NCBI GenBank assembly: GCA_964618695.1
Contig: CAZUDX010000001.1
Coordinates: 268,886 to 332,885 of the forward strand
Length of the DNA stretch: 64,000 bases
Direction of reading: 5' to 3'
From: an uncultured Candidatus Bathyarchaeia archaeon
GTDB lineage: Archaea > Thermoproteota > Bathyarchaeia > Bathyarchaeales > Bathyarchaeaceae
In this document: in pieces, positions 45,545 through 56,000 of the stretch
Position numbering within the stretch: the first letter of the stretch is position 1
Layout of the letters: every line of letters starts with the position of its first letter
Position numbers and translations under genes: made by a program
The notes under the pieces: model-generated
Told to the model about the DNA's origin: nothing
Database searches by the model: none
The model's input: only the letters and a program-made list of their open reading frames with translations

Positions 45545-46987
45545 GTGAAAGATTTGGGTGTCGTCACCAGAGCATTGAGAAATGTTTCACGAAGAAAAGT
45601 CAGAGTGTTGCTAGTAGTGGTTGCTCTGAGTTTATCCATGGCAATCTTGGTCTCCATTCCAGCCGGCATAATGGCTAATCAGGAAGCTGCTGAGGAGCTA
45701 AAATCGGATTATGAAGAATATTTGGGAAATATAACGAAAGAGATCGAAGAAGCACACACACTATTGGAAGTTGGTTATACAGGCGGCGGTTCTCCGGGAG
45801 GTGGCGGCGGATTCCCCGAGGGCGGCGGAGGTTTTCCAGGAGATGGCGGAGGTCCCCCAGCGGGTTTCGAAGGCAGACCCCCAGGTTTCTTCCGAGGCGG
45901 CGAAAACTACCTCAATGAGAGCCTGATTCTTGAAATCGAAGCTCTTGAAGGTACAAGTGTTGCTATACCTTTTTTCGAAAAAACTGAAGGGACAAACCAA
46001 ACAGTCACAACCCCGTTTGGTATGAGTGTCGAAATGCTTGTTCCAGACTACACCATAGTAGGTGTGGTTCTAGATAACGAGGTTATCAATTACTATAATG
46101 TATTGCCGAATATCATTCTGGAAGGCAGAAACTTGGAAGAAGGAGATACTGAAGCTGTGCTTCTAAGTTTGAACAGCACCGACTATTTTGATGCAGGCGT
46201 AAACGACCAAGTGGACATATTAGGAAATACCTTCACGGTGGTGGGCATTTATGATGACGCAGATATTCTTGGATTGAACAGAGCGTACATGAGTCTCTCC
46301 GAAGCTCAGGCAATAACTGACCTTGAGGGACAAATAACGAGTATAGACGTTTACGCAAAAAACGAATCCATAGTAGACGAATTGGCGCTGGAAATATCCG
46401 CATTAGACGAAAATATCACAATTACCACATACGAAACCCGCTTAAGTTCAATCGAGTTCAGGGCAGAAATGGCTGAAGAAAACCTGGAGATGGCTGAAGC
46501 AACTCTCAGTCAAACCCAAGCCATTGCTTATCAGGAAATCGGCATAGCCGTTGTCGCCACATGTTTGATTGTGTTCTTCACAATGTTGTACACTGTGCGA
46601 GAGAGAACAAAAGAAATTGGCGTGCTCAAAGCTATAGGTTTCAGCAACGGAAACGTCATGAGCCAATTCATGCTTGAAGGGATAATAATAAGTGTAATCG
46701 CCGGGTTGATTGGCGTTGTATTAGGAACAATTGCTGCACCCGTACTATCGACCGCTCTGTTACCATCAACTACCCCTGTTAACAATGGTCCCATTAACAA
46801 CACACCATTTGGCGGTAGCCGAGTTAACATTCCAGGGGTATCTCTTCCATCAACTGTAGCTATCCCCAGAATTGAGCTTTTGGTGCTTGTTTTCACAGGC
46901 GCCATACTACTGGGAGCCTTAGGTACGCTTTACCCAGCGTGGAGAGCCTCAAGAACTAGTCCAATGGAGGCGTTGAGACATGAGTGA
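45545..46987 (+). CDS. ABC transporter permease, MacB/FtsX type, with a large extracytoplasmic domain carrying a Gly/Pro/Phe-rich insert
   Basis: 480-aa ORF with an N-terminal TM helix, a periplasmic-type domain, a C-terminal FtsX 3-TM bundle (RTKEIGVLKAIGFS) and PMEALRHE. The insert is GGGSPGGGGGFPEGGGGFPGDGGGPPAGFEGRPPGFFRGG. Confidence 0.85.
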   Translation: MKDLGVVTRALRNVSRRKVRVLLVVVALSLSMAILVSIPAGIMANQEAAEELKSDYEEYLGNITKEIEEAHTLLEVGYTGGGSPGGGGGFPEGGGGFPGDGGGPPAGFEGRPPGFFRGGENYLNESLILEIEALEGTSVAIPFFEKTEGTNQTVTTPFGMSVEMLVPDYTIVGVVLDNEVINYYNVLPNIILEGRNLEEGDTEAVLLSLNSTDYFDAGVNDQVDILGNTFTVVGIYDDADILGLNRAYMSLSEAQAITDLEGQITSIDVYAKNESIVDELALEISALDENITITTYETRLSSIEFRAEMAEENLEMAEATLSQTQAIAYQEIGIAVVATCLIVFFTMLYTVRERTKEIGVLKAIGFSNGNVMSQFMLEGIIISVIAGLIGVVLGTIAAPVLSTALLPSTTPVNNGPINNTPFGGSRVNIPGVSLPSTVAIPRIELLVLVFTGAILLGALGTLYPAWRASRTSPMEALRHE

Positions 46988-47759
46988 ATTAGCCCTTAAA
47001 ACAGAAAACCTAGACAAAATATTCAAACTAGGAAAACGCGAAGTTCGAGCATTATCGGACGTAAACCTTGAGATTAAGAAAGGCGACTTCGTTTCAATCA
47101 TGGGTCCTTCAGGGTCCGGCAAAACCACGTTACTCAATGTTTTAGGGTGCTTGGATAAACCAACCCATGGAAAAGTGAGTCTCGACGGAATTAACGTAAC
47201 AGCGGTTCCTGAAAAAGCACTCTACCAAACAAGAAAAAATAAGGTTGGATTTGTTTTTCAAACGTTCAACCTGATGCCTTGGCTAAACGCTATCGAAAAC
47301 GTGGAACTTCCAATGGAAGGCACAAAAAAGACAAAAGATGAAAGACAGAAGAGGGCCCGTGAACTATTAGGGATGGTCGGGCTATCCCAAAGAATGGAAC
47401 ATAGACCACACAAATTGAGTGCAGGAGAGCAACAACGAGTTGCAATCGCAAGAGCCTTGGCAAACAATCCAGCCATAGTATTGGCGGACGAACCCACAGG
47501 AAACTTGGACGTAAAAACCAAGTATGAAATCGTTAGACTGCTAGGCAAATTGAACAGCGAACAAGGAACCACAATTATTATGGTAACCCACGACAGGCAA
47601 GTAGGTTCACGGGCAGGCAGAATGCTCTTCCTAAACGACGGAAAACTGCTGAAAAAAGAGAGAAAAGGTGCACATTTTACGAAGCTCAAATGTTCCAATT
47701 GTGGAAAACCAGTCCAACTAGATGATACTTTCTGTGCGGGTTGTGGCAAGAAACTGTAG
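46980..47759 (+). CDS. ABC transporter ATP-binding protein (MacB/LolD-like) with a C-terminal zinc ribbon
   Basis: 259-aa ORF with Walker A GPSGSGKTT, Q-loop, signature LSAGEQQRVAIARAL, Walker B LADEPTGNLD and H-loop VTHD. The tail is CSNCGKPV...CAGCGKKL. Confidence 0.9.
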   Translation: MSELALKTENLDKIFKLGKREVRALSDVNLEIKKGDFVSIMGPSGSGKTTLLNVLGCLDKPTHGKVSLDGINVTAVPEKALYQTRKNKVGFVFQTFNLMPWLNAIENVELPMEGTKKTKDERQKRARELLGMVGLSQRMEHRPHKLSAGEQQRVAIARALANNPAIVLADEPTGNLDVKTKYEIVRLLGKLNSEQGTTIIMVTHDRQVGSRAGRMLFLNDGKLLKKERKGAHFTKLKCSNCGKPVQLDDTFCAGCGKKL

Positions 47760-48085
47760 AGGTGAAAATTCTGTCTCAGAAATCAAGGATGGATGCTCAA
47801 AAGGTGCCTAGAGCAATCGCTGTTCTCCTTCGAAACACCACTTGGAAATGTGGAAAAGTGGAGCGACTTGTTGTAAGCTACTTGCGACTACAGTTTCGCC
47901 GGTGTGGACGCGCTCGAACTTCGATAAAGGATATGTTAGAATATTTCAAGCTGAAGGGAGAACAAGGATGCGGGTTCCTTGAGGCGATAGAGAGGCTGGA
48001 AAGACGTCGCATAATCCAAATAGTCCCCTTTCATTTTTCCTCACCTCCTGAATTTAATGCGCTAATCAGAGAAGGGGGATTATAA
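47741..48085 (+). CDS. Hypothetical protein, possibly winged-helix
   Basis: 114-aa ORF, with MDAQK at 47789 as a likely alternative start. FLEAIERLERRRIIQIV resembles a wing/recognition segment. Weak call. Confidence 0.35.
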   Translation: MWQETVEVKILSQKSRMDAQKVPRAIAVLLRNTTWKCGKVERLVVSYLRLQFRRCGRARTSIKDMLEYFKLKGEQGCGFLEAIERLERRRIIQIVPFHFSSPPEFNALIREGGL

Positions 48086-49306
48086 TTGGAGCTTCCCCAA
48101 AAACCAGAAAAACAGCGCATCTCAACGCTTCTCGTAGTAACTATTGTAGTAGTCAGCCTATTTGCGGGAGGATTATTTGGTTACTTGATTAGCTATACAA
48201 TCACTTCAGAAGAAATTGATAACCTGCAAAATCAGGTGACATTACTCCAAGAACAAATTGGGGATTTTCAATCAACACAAAATAGCATATTCGTTTCAGG
48301 CGAAAACGTTTCAGTTTCACAGCTATACGATCAAGTTGAAGAGTCCGTCGTCGTAATCCGCGGGATGATAATAACACAATATGATCGTTGGGGGCGCCCC
48401 CAATACTCACAAGTTCAAGGCTCTGGCTTCGTCTATAACTTCCAAGAACAAATGGTAATTGTTACAAACTATCACGTAGTCAGCGATGCAACCAACATCA
48501 CAGTAACTTTCGCAAATGGAAACGGATATACAGCAACCATCCTAGGCTTAGACCCCTACGCGGAACTGGCAGTGCTTTCTACAGACGCCCCACAAGAAGA
48601 ATACGAACCTCTCGAAATAGGCAGTTCATCAACCCTAAAAGTCGGAGATCAGGTCATGGTAGTCGGTACCCCTTACGGACTAGCAGGATCAATGAGCACA
48701 GGATTCGTCAGCTCATTAGGCAGAACACTAACTGCAGAAACAACCGGCGGATACGTGATAGCCAACGTCATCCAAACAACTGCGCCCCTTAATCCAGGCA
48801 ACTCAGGAGGTCCAGTTCTGAACTATCAAGGACAAGTTGTAGGCATAGCCACAGCTATTGTACAAGATTCACAGGGAGTAGGATTTGCAATACCGTCCAA
48901 CACAATCTTGAGGGAAATCGAGGACTTGGTCAATACAGGCTCTTATGATGACCATCCTTGGTTCGGTGCAGCAGGAGTAGACATGACTTATGAAATTGCT
49001 GCAGAAATGGATGTTGACTTTACTTATGGTTGGATGATTGCTCAGGTTACAAGCGGAGGACCAGCTGACAAAGCAGGCTTACAGGCGGGAACCCATCAAG
49101 TTGAAATCGCGGAAAATTTGGTGATTATTGGCGGTGACATCGTGATAGCTGTCAACGGAAACCGAATAACCAGCATAGATGACCTCTCAGCTTACCTAGA
49201 AGAATACACTTTACCAGAGGAAACAGTCAACTTGACAATAGTAAGAGACAATGAAACAACCATTGTCCCGCTTGAATTGGGAAGACGCCCAACTACAAAC
49301 ACATAA
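48086..49306 (+). CDS. HtrA/DegP-family serine protease with a PDZ domain
   Basis: 406-aa ORF with an N-terminal TM anchor, the trypsin-like catalytic triad context (TNYHVV; DLAVL-like ELAVL; GNSGGPVLN) and a C-terminal PDZ (GPADKAGLQAG...GGDIVIAVNG). Confidence 0.9.
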   Translation: MELPQKPEKQRISTLLVVTIVVVSLFAGGLFGYLISYTITSEEIDNLQNQVTLLQEQIGDFQSTQNSIFVSGENVSVSQLYDQVEESVVVIRGMIITQYDRWGRPQYSQVQGSGFVYNFQEQMVIVTNYHVVSDATNITVTFANGNGYTATILGLDPYAELAVLSTDAPQEEYEPLEIGSSSTLKVGDQVMVVGTPYGLAGSMSTGFVSSLGRTLTAETTGGYVIANVIQTTAPLNPGNSGGPVLNYQGQVVGIATAIVQDSQGVGFAIPSNTILREIEDLVNTGSYDDHPWFGAAGVDMTYEIAAEMDVDFTYGWMIAQVTSGGPADKAGLQAGTHQVEIAENLVIIGGDIVIAVNGNRITSIDDLSAYLEEYTLPEETVNLTIVRDNETTIVPLELGRRPTTNT

Positions 49307-49366
49307 TAACCATTGAAGTTAGGAAATGCCAAACCCTTTTTTCTCGAAAAATTGACACAATTTAAT

Positions 49367-50221
49367 CTAAACAATTGTGTTTAGTAGGGCTAGAGAAGCA
49401 TACAGTGCCTCTTCGGTTCTAACAGTCTCGGTTCCCTGATCTGGAATAGTGTTAACAGTAAAATCTGTAACCTCGTCCAAGCTAAGGTTTTCTTGTGCCA
49501 CGATCTCATGAAGCCCCCGAGTTGGCGCACCAAAAGCCACCAAGATCCTATTAGATTTCTTCCAGCGTTCAGCCAACTCGTCAGCAACCTTTGTTAATGG
49601 AACTCCAAGCTTAGATGTGGCAATCACCAAATCGTAGTTCTGCGATTTAACCAGCTGCCCGAACGAAACTTTTGAGGCATTTACACTGTAGCCCCAATAA
49701 GCCTTAATCTCCTCCCGATTCGCCAAAGTAACTCTGGGACGCTTCCCAAGTTTGACAACCTTGATTGTGATTCGTTTGTTTATTGGCAATTCTTTCTCAT
49801 GGAAGAGGGCTGGACGTTCGACTCCAATGTCCACAAAAGATCCCGACTCCGAAACGGATACTATTGCTCCTTCGCGAATTTCTCCAACCTTCAGCTCTTT
49901 TGTTCTCTTTGCTAGGGGATGGTGAGGCGTTCGGAGGGGTGGAAGAATACCTGCGTATCGCAGTTCAGGTTTGATTTTGAATAGGCGTTTTCTTAGGTAT
50001 TGGGGCGTTTCCATGTACGAAAGAATTGATACAATCAGGTTCCTGTCCCGTTTTTGGTTAGCGTCTAGATTGTCTGGAAAAACGATGATTTCGTTGACGC
50101 GAAAGATGGCTGCTGCTCTGCCCACCAAACCGATTTTCAGGGTTTTCTCTCGAAGATGTGGAATGTCGGAGACTATGGAAGTTGGCATGGCTACGGCAAG
50201 CTTGCGTTCGCGCCTTCGCAA
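49367..50221 (-). CDS. SPOUT-superfamily putative RNA methyltransferase (DUF171/SPOUT1-like) with an inserted OB-like domain
   Basis: 284-aa ORF. LAVAMPTSIVSDIPHLREKTLKIGLVGRAAAIFRVNEIIVF and the C-terminal ILVAFGAPTRGL match my memory of PF02598. Confidence 0.65.
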   Translation of the reverse strand: MRRRERKLAVAMPTSIVSDIPHLREKTLKIGLVGRAAAIFRVNEIIVFPDNLDANQKRDRNLIVSILSYMETPQYLRKRLFKIKPELRYAGILPPLRTPHHPLAKRTKELKVGEIREGAIVSVSESGSFVDIGVERPALFHEKELPINKRITIKVVKLGKRPRVTLANREEIKAYWGYSVNASKVSFGQLVKSQNYDLVIATSKLGVPLTKVADELAERWKKSNRILVAFGAPTRGLHEIVAQENLSLDEVTDFTVNTIPDQGTETVRTEEALYASLALLNTIV

Positions 50222-50246
50222 CGTTTCACAGCTCCTTCAAGTACAC

Positions 50247-51848
50247 TCAGGAATTGGACAAAAATCTCAGTACATAAATATGCCGAGGATAACTTCCAAA
50301 CTCTGTCTCCAAAACGAAGCTTTCAGTATCAAGCATCATATCCAGCACATCATAAGATTTCCATTCTGAATTATAATACGTTACATCACCGTGTTCATAA
50401 AGTAACAGATATTTTACATTGTAATCTACACACTGTTCAATCACGAAAGTTCCATTAAAAACGGGCTCATAAGCATCAACAGCATCCGCAGGGTAAGTCA
50501 ACAGCTCTCTTTCACCGGGATCATGTATCTGCAAATAAAACCGCACCATATCTGTGCTAAAGTAATTTCCCGCAAACAAAACTACTGCAGCTTCATTTAA
50601 CGCCGAATTCTCACTCACATATTGGCTTGCCTCTTCAACAGGGATGTAAACGTGATCTTTTCCAACCCAATAATGGGCGTCACCCAAACTGTAAACCACC
50701 ATAGACCCCAGCAACAACACGAAAACAACAGCAGCAACAACCTTAGTAACAGTCGTTTTACTCAGATGCTGCTTACTTATTCTCAAGCCTTCTTTCATCT
50801 TATCCCAAATGAACAATATGAAATCCGAAGCGGAAACTGCTAGGATAGGAAAGACGGGCAAAACGTAACGCCAATTTCTGTTTGCGATGAGCGTGAAGGC
50901 TACGTAAACCACAATGAACCAAATTAGAGAAAATTTGTCCTCTGGTTTTCTTCGCCATGCCCAATAGCCTAACCCAAACAAAGAGAGGAGGTAGATGGGA
51001 AACGAGATGGGATGAATATCCATGTAGGGATAAGTCATCTCGATTAGGTAGAATATGGGAAGAGGAAATCGCCTACCATACTCGAATCTTTCTTCGTTGC
51101 CTACCTGAAGCGTATATAACCATGTTCCAAGCGTTTCTGAAGCGACTTGCTGGTACGCGAAAAAGATCCAAGGCGAAATAACAGCCACTGCTACTATGGC
51201 TAGTAGCACAATTTTTCCCATCTTCTTCACAATATTTTTTCTCCATATTAGGAGCCCGCTGACCAACATGACTGCACCGGCAATTATGATCTGATACTTG
51301 ACGATGAAACCTAAACCCAAAGTTACTCCGCTCAGAACCAGCAGTTTATCATTGTTTGTCTGTAACCAAATGAAGAACAAGAGTAGTGCTATAGAAAAAA
51401 AGAACACTAACATGGTTTCAATTAGCGCCATTCTGCAGAGGACAATGAAACCGGGCATTGTCGCCAGTAAGACGCTTGATAGGATAGCTTGTTTTGGTCC
51501 GTAAAGTCGATAGGCATACTCAAAAACAGCCCAAACCGAAAATACGCCGAAAATGAGGGCAACAAGTCTGGCTGCGAAAACGCTTGGACCTATGACATTG
51601 AAGGTTAATGCGGTGGTGACGTCGAATAATGGTGGATAATATGCATATTGCATGTACTCTTGGAACTGCCCGCGGCTTATCAAAAATCCACCAACTAGAT
51701 GTGGTGTTTCGTCCCATCGAATTGGCGCATAACCCAAGTCTACAAGTAAAAAGGCTGCATAAACTATTAGAAAGAGTACAATAGTTAAACGCCATCTGTT
51801 GAAGCGTCGCGCAATACGGGACAGAACTGAATTCAATTCTTGGATCAT
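50247..51848 (-). CDS. GT-C family membrane glycosyltransferase (ArnT/PMT-like)
   Basis: 533-aa ORF with about 11 TM helices. The first loop LGYAPIRWDETPHL carries the DE motif typical of ArnT/PMT-type enzymes. The C-terminal domain is soluble. Confidence 0.75.
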   Translation of the reverse strand: MIQELNSVLSRIARRFNRWRLTIVLFLIVYAAFLLVDLGYAPIRWDETPHLVGGFLISRGQFQEYMQYAYYPPLFDVTTALTFNVIGPSVFAARLVALIFGVFSVWAVFEYAYRLYGPKQAILSSVLLATMPGFIVLCRMALIETMLVFFFSIALLLFFIWLQTNNDKLLVLSGVTLGLGFIVKYQIIIAGAVMLVSGLLIWRKNIVKKMGKIVLLAIVAVAVISPWIFFAYQQVASETLGTWLYTLQVGNEERFEYGRRFPLPIFYLIEMTYPYMDIHPISFPIYLLSLFGLGYWAWRRKPEDKFSLIWFIVVYVAFTLIANRNWRYVLPVFPILAVSASDFILFIWDKMKEGLRISKQHLSKTTVTKVVAAVVFVLLLGSMVVYSLGDAHYWVGKDHVYIPVEEASQYVSENSALNEAAVVLFAGNYFSTDMVRFYLQIHDPGERELLTYPADAVDAYEPVFNGTFVIEQCVDYNVKYLLLYEHGDVTYYNSEWKSYDVLDMMLDTESFVLETEFGSYPRHIYVLRFLSNS

Positions 51849-51977
51849 TCCGTATCGATTTGTTCCATCTATCTTGTTAAGACATTACTTAAAGTTCTTT
51901 GCTTACTACACGAAAAATTGACATGAACAACGGCTCGACTTCCTTTGCTTTATTTCTCAAAATTAGCTGTTGGTGAA

Positions 51978-52697
51978 TTAGTTTGCTCTCTTTTCGTAAA
52001 GCGTACCTTTAAGCTTAATTAAGCCCGTTCCATGGATGAAAATGTCTGAAATCAATCTTTTCAATGCGGTGTTTTTTCGCTGTTTCTCTTTCCACTCCAC
52101 TGGAAACTCTACGACCTTGTAGTTCTTATGTACGCTGCGGACGATAATTTCTGTGTCCCAGAACCATCCGTCGCTCTTACAGTTGTTCATTTCATTTTTG
52201 ATCAGGCGCTTGGAAAACGCTTTGAAACCGGCTTGATGGTCAAAAATGTTGTCTTTAAACATCATTCTGATAATCTTGTTGTAAAATTTTGACGTTACAT
52301 TCCGTAAAAACGGTCTATTAACTTCAGCGCCTTTCATGTATCTTGATCCCGTAGCCAAGTCATTTCCTTCTCTGATTATACTAATTAGCTGAGGATAATA
52401 TTTCATGTCTGTTGCGAGGTCAGCATCAACGAAAACGTATATGTCAGCCTCTATCTTGTTCCAAGCCCGCTTCAACGCCAGTCCTCGCCCTAATTTTTGG
52501 GGTGAATGAAGATGGATGACTTGCGGGTTTGCGTCTGCTAGCTGTCTAGCTAGTACATCTGTTCCATCTGTGCTTCCGTCTTCAGCGATTACAATACGGA
52601 AATCCTCTTTGAGGGAAGGAGTTTCTTGTAGCAAAGTTTCGACGCATTTTTTTAGGTTTTTTGATTCGTTGTAGGCTGGTACCGTTACAACAATCAC
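51978..52697 (-). CDS. Glycosyltransferase family 2, polyprenyl-phosphate sugar synthase (ArnC/GtrB/DPM1-like)
   Basis: 239-aa ORF with VTVPAYNES, AEDGSTDGT and VDADLATD motifs. Confidence 0.85.
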   Translation of the reverse strand: MIVVTVPAYNESKNLKKCVETLLQETPSLKEDFRIVIAEDGSTDGTDVLARQLADANPQVIHLHSPQKLGRGLALKRAWNKIEADIYVFVDADLATDMKYYPQLISIIREGNDLATGSRYMKGAEVNRPFLRNVTSKFYNKIIRMMFKDNIFDHQAGFKAFSKRLIKNEMNNCKSDGWFWDTEIIVRSVHKNYKVVEFPVEWKEKQRKNTALKRLISDIFIHGTGLIKLKGTLYEKRAN

Positions 52698-52700
52698 TGG

Positions 52701-53078
52701 TTATCTACCTGCTTGTGTTGCAATCAGCGTGACTCCCAATAGAATGAAGAAGACGCCTACCCAGCTGGTTAATCCTACTGTCTCCTTGAGGAAAATTTTT
52801 GAGAATATAGTCGTCCAGATATAGGATGTGGCGATTATCGGGTACAGTATGGAAAGCTGTTCCTTGTTTAGAGCATAAACGTAAAGCACAGTAGAAACGA
52901 AATACACTAGGACTCCGAGGATTAGATGATAATTTGTTAACAGCAGTTTGATGTCGAACTGGAGGTTGTCTGCTCCTCGTTTAAATTCGAGTTGCCCAAT
53001 GCTTCCGACAAAAGCAGACAACGCGGTTAATAAGATAATTTTCCAATCCATCCTTAACCCCTCAACACTAAACCCCAT
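52701..53078 (-). CDS. Small 4-TM DMT/EamA-type protein (ArnE/ArnF-like putative flippase subunit)
   Basis: 125-aa ORF with four hydrophobic helices and an EamA half-domain pattern. An alternative start is MDWKI at 53051. It sits between the large surface-protein gene and the GT2 gene, 3 nt upstream of the GT2 start. Confidence 0.6.
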   Translation of the reverse strand: MGFSVEGLRMDWKIILLTALSAFVGSIGQLEFKRGADNLQFDIKLLLTNYHLILGVLVYFVSTVLYVYALNKEQLSILYPIIATSYIWTTIFSKIFLKETVGLTSWVGVFFILLGVTLIATQAGR

Positions 53079-56000
53079 TCAAGTCCGTAAGTTCAGTAGA
53101 TAAAAGCCTTGCGTTTGAAAGCATGTTTGAAGAATCGGATTCACGTTTAGGTTGTTTCCTCTTTTTACTCAACACAACAAACGTTACGGGAAACACAACT
53201 GCTAACACGATTACCACATACAATATGCTGTTTGAGAAATGAGCGTTTGACACGGTTTTTGTGGCTTGCCCAAAATTTGGAGACTCCACCTCGACAAAGA
53301 AACTCTGAAGTGGACCCCAGTCAGTTACCTCACACGCGTATATTCCAGATTCAAGTTCGCTACATGCTTCGCCATTTACTGAAACAGCGGCGTTGACAAC
53401 CGGATTCTGGGTGTAATTATAGTTCGCATAGACCTTTATGCTCGTCACCCCCAACGCTCCTGTCTCAAACTCCAGCTGAGATATCTCTATTTTGTCCCAG
53501 ATTATTTCTGTTTTTTCAGTTTGGTCGAGAATCACTGTTAGACCAAAAGCTTCGTCATAAACAGATGACACTTCGTATACTTGTGGACCGGGAATGTTTG
53601 AAGTGACAACGTATTCCCATCTTGAGTTTCGTGATGACCAAGTCATCGGTTCGCCATTTAGGTAAAGCATCCCTTGGGAATCATCAAAACGTACAGCGTC
53701 ATACTCGTATTCAGCATTTACCCATACAAGCTGTGACGAACCCGTCTGAACAATTTCATCGAAAATGATGGAATCTGTGACCTTTACCCTGTCCCAAATG
53801 ATGGTGGGATCGTTAACGGATTTGACGTATTCGGTCAAAGTATTGTATGTGACGCCTGTAACGTTCCAAACAACTCTCCCAACAGTATCATAGCTGGTGT
53901 CGAAACTGATCCACCCTGTCTCGTTTGTAGAATATTTGATGCCGTCAACATCAACGCTTGCTCCCACAACATCCGCACCATCACTCATCCACGACACGTG
54001 GAAGCCAACGGTCTGGACGCTACCGACGTCTGCCCTCGTATCACTGACGAATATATTGTCTATCTCGATTGGCGCGAAGCCTACCATAAGCTCAACCGTT
54101 TCCCCGGTTGGAACCGAAAAATCGGCAGATAAAACACTCGTTGAAGCATCAAAATCCCATGTTGAAACCTCTTCGCCATTGACCTTGAAGTAGTAAGGTG
54201 TTGATTCGCCAGTCTGCATCTGAATTGAGCCTTCTTGTCCAGCGTTTCCGTTTGCAGAAATCTTTAGAAGCTTTCGGGACGAGTTCCATGAAAATTCGGT
54301 TAAAGGAACGGTTGACGAGACCACAGTGAATTCAGTGGTGTTCTCCCAACTGACGGTGATGTCTGAGTTAGAAACAACTGTTAGAACCTTATTCTCCGAG
54401 TCATAAGCCTGTGTTAAATCATAAGGTGTTCCAAGGATATATCGTGGCCGCTCAAAATCTGCACAATAAATCCTAGTCGTATTTGTCGCTTCTTCAAGAG
54501 CCATGAGACCAACTGTCAAGCGCTGGCCAACAAAGAGCGGAGCCCTAGTTAAATGGGTGTCCGAGTATATCACCTGAGGATCACCATCATTTTCCAGTAA
54601 TACGAATATTTTGTCTTCTTTGGGTTGCAAAGTTACGTTTAGAAGTATCATGGGACCTTTATGGACGCCGTAGAACTCGTTGTTGACATAATCAAAGACA
54701 ATATACTCTTTATCGGCTGTTAAGTCTGCCTCCAACGGTCTGACGTAATATGTGAAGGTTTGAGGAGTTGTGGAATTGTCGTGCATAAGGTAGACAATTC
54801 TGTCAGCCTGTCCATGACTTAACCAATACTCATTTTCAGGATATAGTATGTACGACATAGGTCTCACATAATAGGCGCAGAGGAATTGGATGAAGTCAGT
54901 TAAAACATCCGTTAAAACACCATTCGGCAGAGAATATGGGTTCCGAGTGTTGACAACGTAAGTGTAGCCTGCACCCTTCTTGTTTTCAACGATAAAGGCG
55001 TTAGGCCAGCTTTGTTTTCCGTTAACCCAAGCTAACACGCGGGTACTTTCGCTAGACATTATGTCGTATTTGAATTTCCAGAACCAAGAACCAGTTTCTC
55101 CCAAGTCAGAGTAATGGTAGGTTTTTCCATTCCATGGATACCAGAAAGTGTCTTGTGTAAACTCAATATTGTGCAAAAAAGTATCCGCGGTTATATCTGA
55201 ATTACTGTTAGCATGGATTGGAACGTGAAGACCAAATAGTGAAACCAAACTTTTAGTCCACGCTTGTGGGTCTTCGAGGTTATCCACGTTTTCGTTGGTG
55301 TGGGTAAACGTTAGTAGCGAGAAAAAAATTCCACCGTTTTCTACGTAATTTTCAATGTTGTTGGCGATTGCGTCGCTCATGTGGCTCCAGCCCAAGCCAA
55401 TAATGACCTTATACTGACTCAGCACTTCCGGCGGAGCGTAAATGGAGATAATATCCACCATCCCAAAGGGCAACCCTGTAAATTCTTTCGCAATTAGGGC
55501 ACTGCCAATCTGCCAGTTGTCGCCAATTCCGGGGAAGAAGATGTTCAAAAGCCTGTAGTCGAAATCTCCGTACCTGTCGGACTGCAACCATAACCCCCAA
55601 TCGGGACCGCGACTACTCCAACCGCTCTGCCCAATCATAACCGCAATAGGGGAACGATAATTTGGCTGATGATACTCTATACTGTCTACGTTTTGCAGGA
55701 AAGCATAGAATCGTTGAATCACTTTTCCATATTCGGTTAGCTTTCCGTCTGGTCCAAGAATGATGTATTTGGTTGGCCAATCGCGGTTAAGTGTTCCGAA
55801 GAAGTTGCCTTGTTCGAAGAAGAAGTATTTTGCTCCATAGAACCATCCTTCGTAGAGTGCCCTTTCGACGTCGTTTGGGGTGAAAGCTGGAGGTTTTGTC
55901 CATTCTCTCCATGTGTCTACCCAGAGTCCCCATGCAGATATGTTGTAGCTGTTGACCATTCCTCGGGCTTGACCTATCATCAATTCTACGTTTGGGGCGT

